Assembly: GCA_027026255.1 (NCBI GenBank)
Contig: JALVOT010000015.1
Location: 413-64,412 of the forward strand
Origin: a candidate division WOR-3 bacterium
Lineage (GTDB): Bacteria > Hydrothermota > Tepidihabitantia > SM23-42
Direction of reading: 5' to 3'
Length of the DNA: 64,000 nt
Shown here piece after piece: positions 41,576 through 51,133 of this stretch. Made by a program: the position numbers and the translations under genes. The notes under the pieces are model-generated. The model ran no database searches. It was not told the DNA's origin and worked only from the letters and a program-made list of their open reading frames with translations. Positions within the stretch are counted from its first letter, which is position 1, and the number at the start of each line of letters is the position of its first letter.

Positions 41576-42067
41576 TTAATAACTGGGCATTAGATAGATT
41601 CCAAACCAGACATCGGTTGTATCAATGCTTTTAAAATACTCATCCATAACAACAAAGTGGAGTATTGCTTTTGCTGATTGAAGGTGTTTTGTGGATAAAT
41701 ATCGACGCACAGTGTCGAGCGGAAGATTTACATTTAATAATTTGAATGTATCCACAGCTTCCGGATTTGTTATACCTTTAATTTTTGCATAGATTGCCAG
41801 TGGTTCAGCAGGGCCAAATATATAATTACCGTTTTTATCATAATATTCCCAGATCAATTCCTTTAGATAGCAATCAACTGAATTTTTCGCAACAAAATCA
41901 ATTTCATCAATGACTGCATAATGTGTAGAATCACCTGTATGTGTATACCAACCCATTGGATGTATATAGGTGATTTCAACATCCGGTTTCAGCTTTGCTG
42001 ATTCCTTTGCATAGTCACATGCAATAAAGACCATCATAATAGCCAGAATTACCAGAATTTTTTTCAT
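41576..42067 (-). CDS. Hypothetical lipoprotein
   Basis: AGGAGG SD, MKKILVILAIMMVFIA-C lipobox; no family recognised. Confidence 0.7.
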   Translation of the reverse strand: MKKILVILAIMMVFIACDYAKESAKLKPDVEITYIHPMGWYTHTGDSTHYAVIDEIDFVAKNSVDCYLKELIWEYYDKNGNYIFGPAEPLAIYAKIKGITNPEAVDTFKLLNVNLPLDTVRRYLSTKHLQSAKAILHFVVMDEYFKSIDTTDVWFGIYLMPSY

Positions 42068-42094
42068 CGTTCCTCCTTTTCTCATATCATAACA

Positions 42095-42122
42095 ATTCTA
42101 TTCAATATTTTTAATTTGTCAA
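42095..42122 (-). promoter_or_regulatory. Promoter of lipoprotein gene
   Basis: TTGACA-N16-TAGAAT. Confidence 0.6.
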
Positions 42123-42340
42123 GGGGTAAAAATGCTGACTCCTCTCCACTTTTTGTCTTGATTTTTGTGAGAGGCGAAAGATATTTCATAATATTTTTTC
42201 AATTTCTGTTTCAGGCTCAGTAATACTATCCGGAGATTTTATCTGCAGATAAATTTCGGGCGGCAGACTCTGAATCAAAATATCTACTTATAGATACTTA
42301 CGGTGTTAAATATTGAAATTTTTGTCTAAGTGTAATATGA

Positions 42341-42892
42341 CTAAGCTGGCTTTTTTAAGTTTTTGCCGTAGGTGTAGCCCTTTTCAAATGCCTTCAGGTT
42401 GAGAGGAATCGCCTTTTCCGGAACAGAATCCGGGATTGCCTTTTTCATCGCTTCGGGGCTTACAACATCGGTGATTGCAGTAAAGAAGCCGAGCATTACT
42501 ACATTGGCCACAATTTTTATTCCCAGTTCTTCAGCAAATCTTGTTGCCGGGATGGCGAATGTTGTGTTCACCCTATCCGACTTTGGTTTTACAAGGTCTT
42601 CATCATAAAGAAGAATTCCGTTTTCTTTGAGTTCAGATTCAAATTTATCATACCCGGCCTGGGACATTGCAACTAAGATGTCTGATTTTGTAACATAGGG
42701 ATATAGTACCTTTGTTTCTGCAACAACAAGCTGGGAACTGCAGGCACCGCCGCGGGCTTCAGGTCCGAACGATTGATTCATTGTGGCAAATTTATTGTCA
42801 TAGATAGAGGCAGCTTTACCGACAATAATCCCGGAACGAATAATACCCTGGCCTCCATATCCGGCAAATCTTATTTCAAACATCCTATTCAC
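42341..42892 (-). CDS. korC: 2-oxoacid:ferredoxin oxidoreductase gamma subunit
   Basis: EIRFAGYGGQG, QSFGPEARGGA, NVVMLG, NLKAFEKG. Confidence 0.9.
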   Translation of the reverse strand: MNRMFEIRFAGYGGQGIIRSGIIVGKAASIYDNKFATMNQSFGPEARGGACSSQLVVAETKVLYPYVTKSDILVAMSQAGYDKFESELKENGILLYDEDLVKPKSDRVNTTFAIPATRFAEELGIKIVANVVMLGFFTAITDVVSPEAMKKAIPDSVPEKAIPLNLKAFEKGYTYGKNLKKPA

Positions 42893-43661
42893 CTTCCTTT
42901 TTTGGTTCTGCTACCGCCCCTGAATAGGGGATGAATTTATCACCCAAAACCCTGGTAAGCTGGGCATTATATGTGTCGAGATAGGTAGGTCTTTCTAATG
43001 TAGTGAATCTTCCAATAATAATCTTTTGATCGTTTCTGATTTCTGTTTCCCTTGGTTCAATTCCCTCTTTTATTTCTGAATTTTCATAGTAGAAGTTTAA
43101 TAAACTCGATTCAATTTTATCAATGCCCTGATAGTAATTTAATCCCGGCGCCAACACCTCAATTACTGATAGTCCATTTTTCTGAAGTGCTTCGGTTATC
43201 GATTTTGCCAGTTCATCGGTATGAAGGGCAGTCCAGCGCGCCGTATAGACCGCACCGCAGGAATTTGCAAGATGTGGGATATTAAAGGGCTCTTCAAATG
43301 TGGAATAGGCGGAAAATTTTGTGGTAGTTTCTGGTGCGGATTTATGGGCAATTTCCCGATATATAAAACTGTTGATGCAGATGACGGTTAGTTCCATATT
43401 TCTTCGTCCGGCATGAACAAGATGATTACCACCCAGGGTGATCAGATCACCGATTATTGGAATTACCTTTAATGATGGATTGGTAAGTTTCAGTCCGGTG
43501 CCAAAGGCAACTGCCCGACCTCGATTGGTATGGAAATAATCCACGCCAAGATATTTTATATCCTCGGGCCGAAATGGAATATCCGATGTTATTGAAATCT
43601 TTTGTGGGTTTATACCCGATTCTTTAATCCCATTTGCCAGTGTTTCAATAAATGTACTCAT
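42885..43661 (-). CDS. Degenerate 2-oxoacid:ferredoxin oxidoreductase beta subunit (KorB')
   Basis: Alignable to 44889-45743 (GRAVAFGTGLKL, GGNHLVHAGRRN, PFNIP, YTARWTALH) but lacks the Fe-S cysteines and GDGD/NN; start placed at ATG 43661 (ATGA overlap). Confidence 0.85.
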   Translation of the reverse strand: MSTFIETLANGIKESGINPQKISITSDIPFRPEDIKYLGVDYFHTNRGRAVAFGTGLKLTNPSLKVIPIIGDLITLGGNHLVHAGRRNMELTVICINSFIYREIAHKSAPETTTKFSAYSTFEEPFNIPHLANSCGAVYTARWTALHTDELAKSITEALQKNGLSVIEVLAPGLNYYQGIDKIESSLLNFYYENSEIKEGIEPRETEIRNDQKIIIGRFTTLERPTYLDTYNAQLTRVLGDKFIPYSGAVAEPKKEGE

Positions 43662-44899
43662 TCCTTTGCACTCCAATTTCCTTCAAAGACCAATTTTTCT
43701 AACCTTGTCTTGAATTCAATGATACCTTCGGATTTTTTCTCCTTTTGTGCACCCAGTTCGATAGCATCACAGATATCCTGGGGATTGTGAACGCCCGCAC
43801 CACCGTGGGGAACAAGCACAACATTGGCTTTTCCATCACAACACCTTTCTATCTCAAAGACAATCTGTCCATAATTGATTTCCGGAACCACAAATGCCTT
43901 GACTCGATTTGCCAGTTCTCTAATCTTTTCATCGGGAAACGGCCAGACCGTAACAAGCCTGAGATTTCCGACCTTGATACCTTTTTCCCGCGCCATATCA
44001 ATCCCTTTTATTGCTACCCTTGAGGATATGCCGTAGGAGACAACCACTACTTCGCAGTTTTCAGTTTCTTCTTCTTTCAGTTCAATAATCTTATCTTTAT
44101 TTTTTTGAATTTTATCGATAAGCCTTTTAAGATATATTCCCCTTGGTTCATCCTTTTTAACAGGATAGCCCTTTTCATTATGGGCAAGTCCGCTGATGAA
44201 TAGATTCAGACCATCCCCGGCTTTTGCAATCTGGGGGATGAGGTCGGAGCCAGGTTTAAATGGTAGATATTCTTCCGCCGACCCCTTATAGAAGTTTCTG
44301 GGTTCAATCTCAATTTCATCAGCTGCCGGGATGACAACCTTTTCTGTCATATGACCAACACATTCATCCGCCATAATCATTACAGGGCAGCGGTATTTCT
44401 CGGCAAGGTTGAATGCCTTGATTGTATAATCGAACATTTCCTGGGGAGAATCCGGGGAAATCGCAATGATTTCATAATCACCATGTGAACCCCAGCGTGA
44501 CTGCATCATATCTGCCTGACCGGTTTTGGTCGGTACCCCTGTAGATGGGCCACCCCGCTGAACATTTAGCAGGACAAAAGGTGTTTCAAGCATTGCCCCG
44601 TATCCGATTGTTTCCATCATCAATGAATAGCCGGGTCCTGATGTAATCGTCATCGCCTTGGCTCCTCCCCAGGCAGCACCTAAAACTGCGGCAATAGAAG
44701 CGAGTTCATCTTCCATCTGGATGAAGATTGCCCCGGCTTTTGGTGCGACACGGGCAAATGCCTCGGCGGCTTCAGTAGAAGGGGTAATCGGATAGCCAGC
44801 AATAAATTTGCATCCTGCAGCCAATGCACCCCAGCCGGCAGCGACATCACCGTCAATATAATAGACACCGGTAAGAACTGATTTTGGATCAGCCTTCAT
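43658..44899 (-). CDS. korA: 2-oxoacid:ferredoxin oxidoreductase alpha subunit (canonical motifs)
   Basis: YPITPSTE, QMEDE, TSGPG, VQRGGPSTG, EINYGQ. Confidence 0.93.
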   Translation of the reverse strand: MKADPKSVLTGVYYIDGDVAAGWGALAAGCKFIAGYPITPSTEAAEAFARVAPKAGAIFIQMEDELASIAAVLGAAWGGAKAMTITSGPGYSLMMETIGYGAMLETPFVLLNVQRGGPSTGVPTKTGQADMMQSRWGSHGDYEIIAISPDSPQEMFDYTIKAFNLAEKYRCPVMIMADECVGHMTEKVVIPAADEIEIEPRNFYKGSAEEYLPFKPGSDLIPQIAKAGDGLNLFISGLAHNEKGYPVKKDEPRGIYLKRLIDKIQKNKDKIIELKEEETENCEVVVVSYGISSRVAIKGIDMAREKGIKVGNLRLVTVWPFPDEKIRELANRVKAFVVPEINYGQIVFEIERCCDGKANVVLVPHGGAGVHNPQDICDAIELGAQKEKKSEGIIEFKTRLEKLVFEGNWSAKE

Positions 44900-45743
44900 T
44901 GTCCTCTCCTTTTATCTGAGTGCGCCATTTATTGTAACGTTCCGTATAACTTGGTCTTTCCCGATCGACAAATTTACCGCAGATAATATTCGATTGGAAC
45001 GGGATATCAAGATTTTTTGTATTCTCACCATGTCGGATTTCTGCATTGGTATGATAGAACCTCATCATATCGATTCCATCCCCCAGACGATTAATCCGGG
45101 AGTAATACTGGGCACAGGGTGATATAACTTCAATCAAAGAAAATCCTGTTTTATGCAATGCCTCAACTATGGAGGTTGCCAATCTGCGCACATGGAGTGC
45201 AGTCCAGCGTGCAACATAGACCGCACCTGCAGAATCAGCAATATAGGGAATATTGAATGGCGGTTCAACACATCCGTAAGGTGAAGTGGTGGCATAGGCG
45301 GTAAGTGGGGTGGTCGGGGCAACCTGACCACCGGTCATCGCATAGATGAAGTTATTTACACAAATCACAACCATATCAATATTTCTTCGTGCGGCATGGA
45401 TAAAGTGATTTCCACCGATTGCAAGCAGGTCTCCATCACCGGAAAAGACGATGACCTTTAAATTAGGATTTGCCAGTTTAATACCGGTTGCAAATGGAAT
45501 AGCCCGACCATGGGTTGTGTGGAATGAGTCAAGTTTCACATAACCTGCTACCCTTCCGGTGCAGCCAATGCCGGAAACAATGCAGACATTATTTAAGTCA
45601 ACCTGTGCCTTATCAAGTGCTGCGGCAAGGGTGGTAACTGCAATGCCGATACCACAACCCGGACACCAGATATGGGGTAGTCGGTCCATCCGGAGAAGAT
45701 TCTCCATCGGATGGTAGGTATTCCTTGTGGTTAATGTTTCCAT
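44889..45743 (-). CDS. korB: 2-oxoacid:ferredoxin oxidoreductase beta subunit (canonical motifs)
   Basis: WCPGCG, SGIGC, HGRA, GDGD, NN..YAMTGGQ, SPC. Confidence 0.94.
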   Translation of the reverse strand: METLTTRNTYHPMENLLRMDRLPHIWCPGCGIGIAVTTLAAALDKAQVDLNNVCIVSGIGCTGRVAGYVKLDSFHTTHGRAIPFATGIKLANPNLKVIVFSGDGDLLAIGGNHFIHAARRNIDMVVICVNNFIYAMTGGQVAPTTPLTAYATTSPYGCVEPPFNIPYIADSAGAVYVARWTALHVRRLATSIVEALHKTGFSLIEVISPCAQYYSRINRLGDGIDMMRFYHTNAEIRHGENTKNLDIPFQSNIICGKFVDRERPSYTERYNKWRTQIKGEDNEG

Positions 45744-45758
45744 AATGATACCTTTTTT

Positions 45759-46958
45759 TTATTTTGGAGCATATTCAATAATTCCTTCTTTTTTACTATT
45801 TTCCCTGGATGCCTGAATAATTGCATTTAATATGTCATCGGAATTTTCAACACCCTTTTCACCGTGGGTAACAAATATTGTGTTTGCATTCCCCTGACTG
45901 CATCTCTGGATTTCATAAACGAGCTGGCCATAATTCATCTCAACCGCGACAAATGCCTTTGCCTTTCTGGAAAGTTCCCGGACGCGATTTTCAGCAAAGG
46001 GCCAGATTGTATCGAGTTTTAATAAACCGGTTTTTATCCCTTGCTCTCTTGCCTTTTGTTGTGCCTGTTTTGCTGCTGAGAAACTTGAACCATAGGCAAT
46101 AACTATAATCTCAGCATCTTCGGTTGCCAGTTCTTGAAAGCGGACAATCTTTTCTGCATAATTTCGAATCTTTCGGACCAGGGGATGAACATTAAATTCC
46201 TGACATTCTTCATTCATTATCGGATAGCCCCGTTCATCATGGGTCAGACCTGTAACATGGAATTTATATCCAGCCCCGATGTCAACAAGCCTGGGGATAA
46301 GGTCTTCATCCCTTTTAAAGGGTAGATATTTTTCCTGGGGACCATCATAATATCGTCTCGGTTCAAGTTTGATATCCTCGGCGCGGGGGATTGTAACATC
46401 GGATTTCAGATTGACTAAATAACCATCGGTGAGAACAACTACAGGAACCCGGTAATGTTCAGAAAAGTTGAATGCCTTAATCATAAAATCAAAGATTTCC
46501 TGAACCGTGGAAGGCGCAAGGCCAATTATTTCATAGTCACCATGAGAACCCCATCTTGATTGGAAGATATCACCCTGGGCCGGTGCAGTTGGTATGCCGT
46601 GCCCTGGTCCGACCCGCTGAACATCAACGATGACACAGGGTGTTTCAAGCATCACCCCGAGTCCCATATGTTCCATCATCAAAGAGAGTCCCGGTCCTGA
46701 AGTAACGGTCATAGACCTCCTTCCGGTCCAGGATGCACCAAGCACTGCAGCCAGTGCAGATATCTCATCCTCCATCTGGACATATACTGCATCCAGGGTC
46801 TTTGCCCGCTCTAAAAAATAGTTACTTATCTCAATCGCCGGTTCAATGGGATACATACCAAGGAATCGGCATCCAGCCGAGATTGCCCCTTCAACACAGG
46901 CTTGACTTCCACTTAATTGATGGGTCCCGGTTTTTAATGAATCTTTTGGCGGCTTCAT
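45759..46958 (-). CDS. Divergent 2-oxoacid:ferredoxin oxidoreductase alpha subunit (KorA')
   Basis: Paralog of 43658-44899 with YPIEPAIE for YPITPSTE and QRVGPGHG for QRGGPSTG. Confidence 0.88.
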   Translation of the reverse strand: MKPPKDSLKTGTHQLSGSQACVEGAISAGCRFLGMYPIEPAIEISNYFLERAKTLDAVYVQMEDEISALAAVLGASWTGRRSMTVTSGPGLSLMMEHMGLGVMLETPCVIVDVQRVGPGHGIPTAPAQGDIFQSRWGSHGDYEIIGLAPSTVQEIFDFMIKAFNFSEHYRVPVVVLTDGYLVNLKSDVTIPRAEDIKLEPRRYYDGPQEKYLPFKRDEDLIPRLVDIGAGYKFHVTGLTHDERGYPIMNEECQEFNVHPLVRKIRNYAEKIVRFQELATEDAEIIVIAYGSSFSAAKQAQQKAREQGIKTGLLKLDTIWPFAENRVRELSRKAKAFVAVEMNYGQLVYEIQRCSQGNANTIFVTHGEKGVENSDDILNAIIQASRENSKKEGIIEYAPK

Positions 46959-46964
46959 CGGTCT

Positions 46965-48623
46965 TTAAAATATGTCAATTATACGGGCTAAAGCGGCCCG
47001 GCCTCGATAATCGGGTAAGAGAATCGGTGCGCGTCTTTCAGGTTTAATCCCTGCCTCATTAAGCATATCAATATATTTTTTAACATGTTCCAAGGTAATG
47101 TTTCCGGTTTCAGTATGGGTTTTGACATATTCAGCAGCATTTATTCCTGCCCTTCTACCAAAGACAAGACAGTCAAGGGTAGAATTGCCCATTAAACGAT
47201 TCTTTCCGTGCACACCACCAGATACCTCTCCAGCAACCCAGAGGCCTTCAACATTTGTCCTTCCCCAGGGGTCGGTTTCTACCCCGCCATTTTGGTAGTG
47301 CAGGGTAGGAAATACCAATACCGGATCCTTTGACATGTCAATACCATTTCTTTTGTACAGACGGGTCATTCCGGGAAAAGCCCGGGCAAGATAGCCCTTA
47401 CCATTTTTAATATCAATAAGCGGCGTATCAAGCCAGATTCCTCTTAATCCGGTTGGTGTGGTAATCCCTTTGTTTCTCACATAACACTCTCGAATAAATG
47501 ATGCGGCTTCAACATCCCGGGGTTCGAGTGGGAAGACAAATGCTTCACCATCAACATTCACTGGTTGGGCACCACTGCTGCGAAGTTTCTCAGTAAGCAG
47601 ATAACCGACAATCTGAATTGGATAGGCAGCACCGGTTGGGTGGTATTGCACTGTATCAATATCCCGCAATTTTACACCGACCCGATAGGCAAGTACCGGA
47701 CCATCAAATGTTGCACCATAATGATTTGTTGTTGGAAAACCCCGGATATGAAGTCTTCCAAATCCTCCGGTCGCCAGAATCGTTGCCTTGGCACGAACAA
47801 TTTTGTATTCGCCGGTCTCCAAATTCCATAAAATCGCTCCGGTTACTTTATTATTATCATCGGTAAGCAGTTCAATTGCCGGATACTGCTCCAGACAGAG
47901 GATCTGCCGATTCCTGAATTCATCCCTGATTACCCTTAACTCTTCCAAACCGGTGTAGTCGCGGCAGGAATGCATACGTTTTATAGAAGTTCCACCACCC
48001 CATTTTTCCACCAGTTCACCATTCTCTTCACGGTCAAAGATGGCACCCATTTCAATCAACCATTTGATAATAAATGGAGCGTCTTCAACCAGGGCACGCA
48101 CAACATCCGGTTTGTTGGCAAAGTGACCGCCTCCTATTGTATCAAGATAATGGCGCTGGACTGAATCGATTTCCCGGTCTGCAGCCTGGGTTCCGCCTTC
48201 AGCCATAATGGAATTGGCATCGCCGTGCCGAAGTTTGTTAACAAGAAGAATTTTATCACTTGGTACACCACTATTATTCGCCCATAGTGCGGCAGATGTT
48301 CCGGCAAGCCCGCCGCCAATAATTAAGATATCGGTCTCATAGTCTATTTTTGAGAGATCGGTTTTGCCGGGGTCAATTAAGGGATATGCCTCAAGTAGAT
48401 CGACGACCTCATTGGGGCCAATATCACCTTTGTTGGGCCCTATTGTGATCACCCTTTTTCCACCCGGGGCATAGTCAGGATGGACCTTAAGGACTTCTTC
48501 CTGTTCCTGTCTGGACATTGCCGGCGGCGTATAGTTGATTCTGCTTGATCTTGTCTTTTCAACCTTTTCAATAAGTTTTCTCATATATTCAGGATATCCA
48601 TCGATCAATTTAATCTCAGCCAT
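46965..48623 (-). CDS. Soluble FrdA/SdhA/TfrA-family flavoprotein
   Basis: IGGGLAG, MAEGG, QYHPTG, LTEKLR, EPRD, PTLHYQNGG, HGKNRLMGNS; about 85-aa N-terminal extension; ends without the full helical C-terminal domain. Confidence 0.88.
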   Translation of the reverse strand: MAEIKLIDGYPEYMRKLIEKVEKTRSSRINYTPPAMSRQEQEEVLKVHPDYAPGGKRVITIGPNKGDIGPNEVVDLLEAYPLIDPGKTDLSKIDYETDILIIGGGLAGTSAALWANNSGVPSDKILLVNKLRHGDANSIMAEGGTQAADREIDSVQRHYLDTIGGGHFANKPDVVRALVEDAPFIIKWLIEMGAIFDREENGELVEKWGGGTSIKRMHSCRDYTGLEELRVIRDEFRNRQILCLEQYPAIELLTDDNNKVTGAILWNLETGEYKIVRAKATILATGGFGRLHIRGFPTTNHYGATFDGPVLAYRVGVKLRDIDTVQYHPTGAAYPIQIVGYLLTEKLRSSGAQPVNVDGEAFVFPLEPRDVEAASFIRECYVRNKGITTPTGLRGIWLDTPLIDIKNGKGYLARAFPGMTRLYKRNGIDMSKDPVLVFPTLHYQNGGVETDPWGRTNVEGLWVAGEVSGGVHGKNRLMGNSTLDCLVFGRRAGINAAEYVKTHTETGNITLEHVKKYIDMLNEAGIKPERRAPILLPDYRGRAALARIIDIF

Positions 48624-48637
48624 TTTTACTCCTTTCT

Positions 48638-49393
48638 TTAATCTGGTTCCCGCTGGCGCTCTGCATACATCTTTTCCAGCTCTTCCCTTGATTTACTTGT
48701 GATAGTATCCATCGCCTCTTTGAATTTTCCCTTTTCAATCTCCTCAACCCGTTTTTTTAGATGTTTGGGCATAGTCAGACCATATCGACCATACATTCTT
48801 CTTCCTAATTGGGCGACATGATACTGGACGATTTCTGCTGGACACCTGATTGCACACATACCACACTGGATGCAGTCAAATGAATCATCGGCAACAGCTT
48901 CAAAATCACCCCGGATTGCCGACTGCACATAGTCCATCACCTCTAAATCCTGGGGGCAGGACTTTGTGCAGGTGTTGCAGGATACACACCTGGCAACCTC
49001 AGGATAGTATTTTATAAATACCGAGGCATCATAGGGTTCTTTGGTGATGTCATATATCGCCTTTTCTGCAGGTGAGAAAGGAATCTGTACCAAATACATT
49101 CCATCTTCAACCCTGGTTTGACAGGCTAAATCCGCCTGAAGTTTATATTCACCTGCTCTTCGGTAGATTGTAGCACAGGCACCACAATGGCCCTGTCTGC
49201 ATCCAACACTTCGGAGTAGTCGATAGCCAGCATATTCAATTGCCGTAAGGATTGTTAAATCTGCAGGAACCCTATAGCCTTTTCCCATTATATAGATTGT
49301 GACCCAATCCTTGATATCCTTTTCATCAACCCCGGTGGTTACAGGACGATTTGCCTCGGCAATTCTTTCCATAATGTTGGTTTTCTCTTCCAT
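48638..49393 (-). CDS. FrdB/TfrB-like iron-sulfur subunit ([2Fe-2S] + 2x[4Fe-4S])
   Basis: GCRQGHCGAC...LACQ; CVSCNTCTKSCP; CIQCGMCAIRCP. Confidence 0.88.
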   Translation of the reverse strand: MEEKTNIMERIAEANRPVTTGVDEKDIKDWVTIYIMGKGYRVPADLTILTAIEYAGYRLLRSVGCRQGHCGACATIYRRAGEYKLQADLACQTRVEDGMYLVQIPFSPAEKAIYDITKEPYDASVFIKYYPEVARCVSCNTCTKSCPQDLEVMDYVQSAIRGDFEAVADDSFDCIQCGMCAIRCPAEIVQYHVAQLGRRMYGRYGLTMPKHLKKRVEEIEKGKFKEAMDTITSKSREELEKMYAERQREPD

Positions 49394-49406
49394 ATTTTTT
49401 TTCTCC

Positions 49407-50303
49407 TTACTTTATAAGTCCCTTTTTCTTGAGCAGGGGTTTAGGATCCACATAATTCTGGTTAAAACCAAAGGTTTTATTATCAAGGCCGAAGGCAACC
49501 GCAATTAGTTGTGTAATGTAGAATACAGGCATCTGCTGGAAATCAGGATGGTTTTTTAGTACCTCTTTTTGGCGTGTATCAAGATTGAAGGCGCATAGGG
49601 GACAGCAGGTTGTTATCGCCTCGGCTCCTTCCTGTTGGGCATGACCCAGAATATTATAAGCAAGTTCCGCCACCTTTTCTTTATTATTAACGGTTTGATA
49701 ACTTCCGCAACATACCTTTTTATAGGGATTGTCAATCACCTCAGCGCCGAGTGCCTCAAGCAGGTCCTTCTGGATTGTTGGATCCTCCGGGTCATCAATA
49801 CCTACCTCTATGGGTCTTAATATCATACATCCATAATATGGGGCAACCCTTAGATTCTTTAAAGGATTTTTTGCTTTCGCCTTCAACTTATCAAAACCGA
49901 TTTCTTTTAATAATTCTAATAATTGAATCACTTCAATCTCGGCACGGTAATCCTTTTCTCGATACATTAAGTCATTTATTTTTTTTAGGTCTTCAGTATT
50001 TTCCTTAACACGCAGGTTACTTCTTTTCAGTGTATTAAAACACATTGAACAGAGGGTAAGGACACGTTTTTCATCTTCTATCTGACCATTTTCTATCATT
50101 TCCTGAACCCGGATTAGATTTCTTATTGGTGCGACATGATGAATTAAGTCATCAGCGGTTAAGGAGAATACAGTGCCGCAGCAGGTCCACCTCGGCAATT
50201 CGACCATTTCAATGCCCAGTTCCCGGGCGATTGCGATTGCTGAGGTTTCAAAATTTTTTGCAGTTGTTTTTAAGGTGCACCCAGGATAATAAGCAATTTT
50301 CAA
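49407..50303 (-). CDS. hdrB: Heterodisulfide reductase subunit B
   Basis: Two CCG domains: YYPGC..WTCCG..CSMC; YYGC..VCCG..CPLC. Confidence 0.93.
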   Translation of the reverse strand: MKIAYYPGCTLKTTAKNFETSAIAIARELGIEMVELPRWTCCGTVFSLTADDLIHHVAPIRNLIRVQEMIENGQIEDEKRVLTLCSMCFNTLKRSNLRVKENTEDLKKINDLMYREKDYRAEIEVIQLLELLKEIGFDKLKAKAKNPLKNLRVAPYYGCMILRPIEVGIDDPEDPTIQKDLLEALGAEVIDNPYKKVCCGSYQTVNNKEKVAELAYNILGHAQQEGAEAITTCCPLCAFNLDTRQKEVLKNHPDFQQMPVFYITQLIAVAFGLDNKTFGFNQNYVDPKPLLKKKGLIK

Positions 50304-50312
50304 TTCACACCC

Positions 50313-50714
50313 CTATCCGGTAAATTTTCGACAGGCACTTACAATTGCAATCTGAGGAAGGGAAACAAGTTCATATTTGGGGATTTTCTTTATTTCGACA
50401 TAGTCAAGCGCCTTTCTCAGATATACCTGTCTTAATGCTTCAGCAACCTTGGAGACATCAAGGTTGCGGGGACATCGGACTGTGCAGCTGTAACAGGAGG
50501 CGCATACCCATATTGCTTTGCTATTTAATACATCCAGATCACCCAATTGGACCATCCTCATTATCTGTGATGGTGTAATGTCCATATCCGCCACCATAGG
50601 ACAGGAACCAGAGCAGGTTCCGCACTGTTCACAAAGGGTTATGTCCTGATCAGCCAGTTCATTAATCTTTTTCAGAAATTTGATATTCTCTGAGGTGATG
50701 ACAAGTTTCTTCAT
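50313..50714 (-). CDS. hdrC: Heterodisulfide reductase subunit C
   Basis: CEQCGTCSGSCP; WVCASCYSCTVRCP. Confidence 0.92.
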   Translation of the reverse strand: MKKLVITSENIKFLKKINELADQDITLCEQCGTCSGSCPMVADMDITPSQIMRMVQLGDLDVLNSKAIWVCASCYSCTVRCPRNLDVSKVAEALRQVYLRKALDYVEIKKIPKYELVSLPQIAIVSACRKFTG

Positions 50715-51133
50715 TGCTTAGAAACCTCCTTCTTGAGTGGTCCGAGTTTTTCAATCTCATTGATGAATTCATTGACAACTTTCTGAAATTTGCCACCCTC
50801 ATTTGCGGAAATCCATTCCAGCCTGACACGCTCAGGTTCGATACCAAGACTGCTTAATAGACTCTTAAGCAGGATTATTCTCCTTAAAGTTTTATAATTG
50901 CCATCCACATAATGACAATCTCCAGGATGACAACCAGCAACCAGTATACCCCAGGCACCACGGTCAAATGCTTCCAAGATCAGTTCCAGGTCAATCCGAC
51001 TTGAACACATACTTCTGATAATTCTAAAATGGGGCTTCATCTGAAGTCTTGATGTTCCTGCAGCATCAGCCCCAGCATAAGAACACCAGTTGCAGCAGAA
51101 AGCAATTACTTTTGGTTCGTTATTGTCTTTCAT
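50711..51133 (-). CDS. mvhD: MvhD/FlxD-type [2Fe-2S] adaptor subunit
   Basis: FCCNWCSYAGAD, MCSSRID, GCHPGDCHY, WISANEG. Confidence 0.93.
   Translation of the reverse strand: MKDNNEPKVIAFCCNWCSYAGADAAGTSRLQMKPHFRIIRSMCSSRIDLELILEAFDRGAWGILVAGCHPGDCHYVDGNYKTLRRIILLKSLLSSLGIEPERVRLEWISANEGGKFQKVVNEFINEIEKLGPLKKEVSKQ

Noticed and set aside
43658-43660. TGA at the end of korA as a possible selenocysteine codon
   Set aside because: It forms an ATGA overlap with korB', readthrough does not enter the korB' frame, and no aligned Cys or SECIS was evident
50711-51133. TGA stops of hdrA and mvhD (also iorA, cysS, tamB) as Sec readthrough
   Set aside because: All are ATGA stop/start overlaps at the expected C-termini
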